Shown: positions 63,645 through 64,000 of the stretch, one piece after another
How positions within the stretch are numbered: position 1 is the first letter of the stretch
Layout: each line of letters opens with the position of its first letter
Assembly (NCBI GenBank): GCA_951406725.2
Contig: OX597816.1
Span: forward strand, 65,844,001-65,908,000
Reading direction: 5' to 3'
Origin: Octopus vulgaris
Taxonomy: Eukaryota
Length of the DNA stretch: 64,000 nucleotides
Made by a program: the position numbers and the translations under genes
Notes under the pieces: generated by a model
Databases searched by the model: none
What the model was told of the DNA's origin: nothing
The model's input: the letters and a program-made list of their open reading frames with translations, nothing else

Positions 63645-64000
63645 GCATTACTGGCACTTGTGCCCTGTGCTAGTAGGGTGCTAAAAGCACCATCTGAGCG
63701 TGATTGTTGCCAGAGCCGCTAACTGGCTTCTGTGCCGGTGGCATGTAGGAGGCACCATTCAAGTGGGATTGTTACCAGCATCGCCTTACTGGCACCTGTG
63801 CTGTTGGCATGTGTAAAAAAAAAAACAAATTCGAGTGAAGTCGTTGCCAGTACCACCTGACTGGCCCCCATGTCGGTGGCACGTAAAAGCACCTTACTAG
63901 CATAGGGCACAAGTGCTAGTAAGGCGACGCTGGTAACGATCACACTCGAAAAGTGCCTTTTATGTCCCACTGGCACGGAAGCCGGTTAGCCACTCTGTTA
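63645..64000. mobile_element. Family C tandem 3'UTR region with an internal inversion; runs off the window
   Basis: 63648-63682 is the reverse complement of about 63889-63921; unit orientation flips near 63890. Confidence 0.7.

Noticed and set aside
20531-64000. RIM PDZ/C2 exons or a nested minus-strand gene
   Set aside because: No ORF or motif resembling PDZ, C2 or another cellular protein was found; remaining ORFs map to repeats or AT-rich noise.

Overview
This is AT-rich, repeat-dense animal DNA. The SINE, LINE and microsatellite landscape looks like an Octopus (coleoid cephalopod) genome, which is an inference. The window lies inside a + strand RIM/RIMS (unc-10) presynaptic active-zone gene. 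Two clear coding exons (5232-5439 and 19803-20530) encode the Rab3/Munc13-binding zinc-finger region; the 5' and 3' exons lie outside the window. The introns hold four tRNA-derived SINE families, RTE-like and R4-like LINE remnants, an internally deleted Tc1, piggyBac-type MITEs and a Penelope-like GIY-YIG remnant. Two signals stand out that the ORF track does not show. (1) Several unrelated short inserts, often in (TA)n tracts or with inverted duplications, carry minimal hammerhead-ribozyme motifs, including an apparent U3-A8 compensatory core variant inside a 95-bp palindrome. (2) There are in-frame cryptic exon candidates of RIM: a 54-nt/9-nt dual-donor cassette inside the zinc finger (8988-9041) and a frame-compatible 11-nt + 28-nt pair at 57.9 and 59.7 kb. 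All alignments, translations and RNA folds were done by eye.
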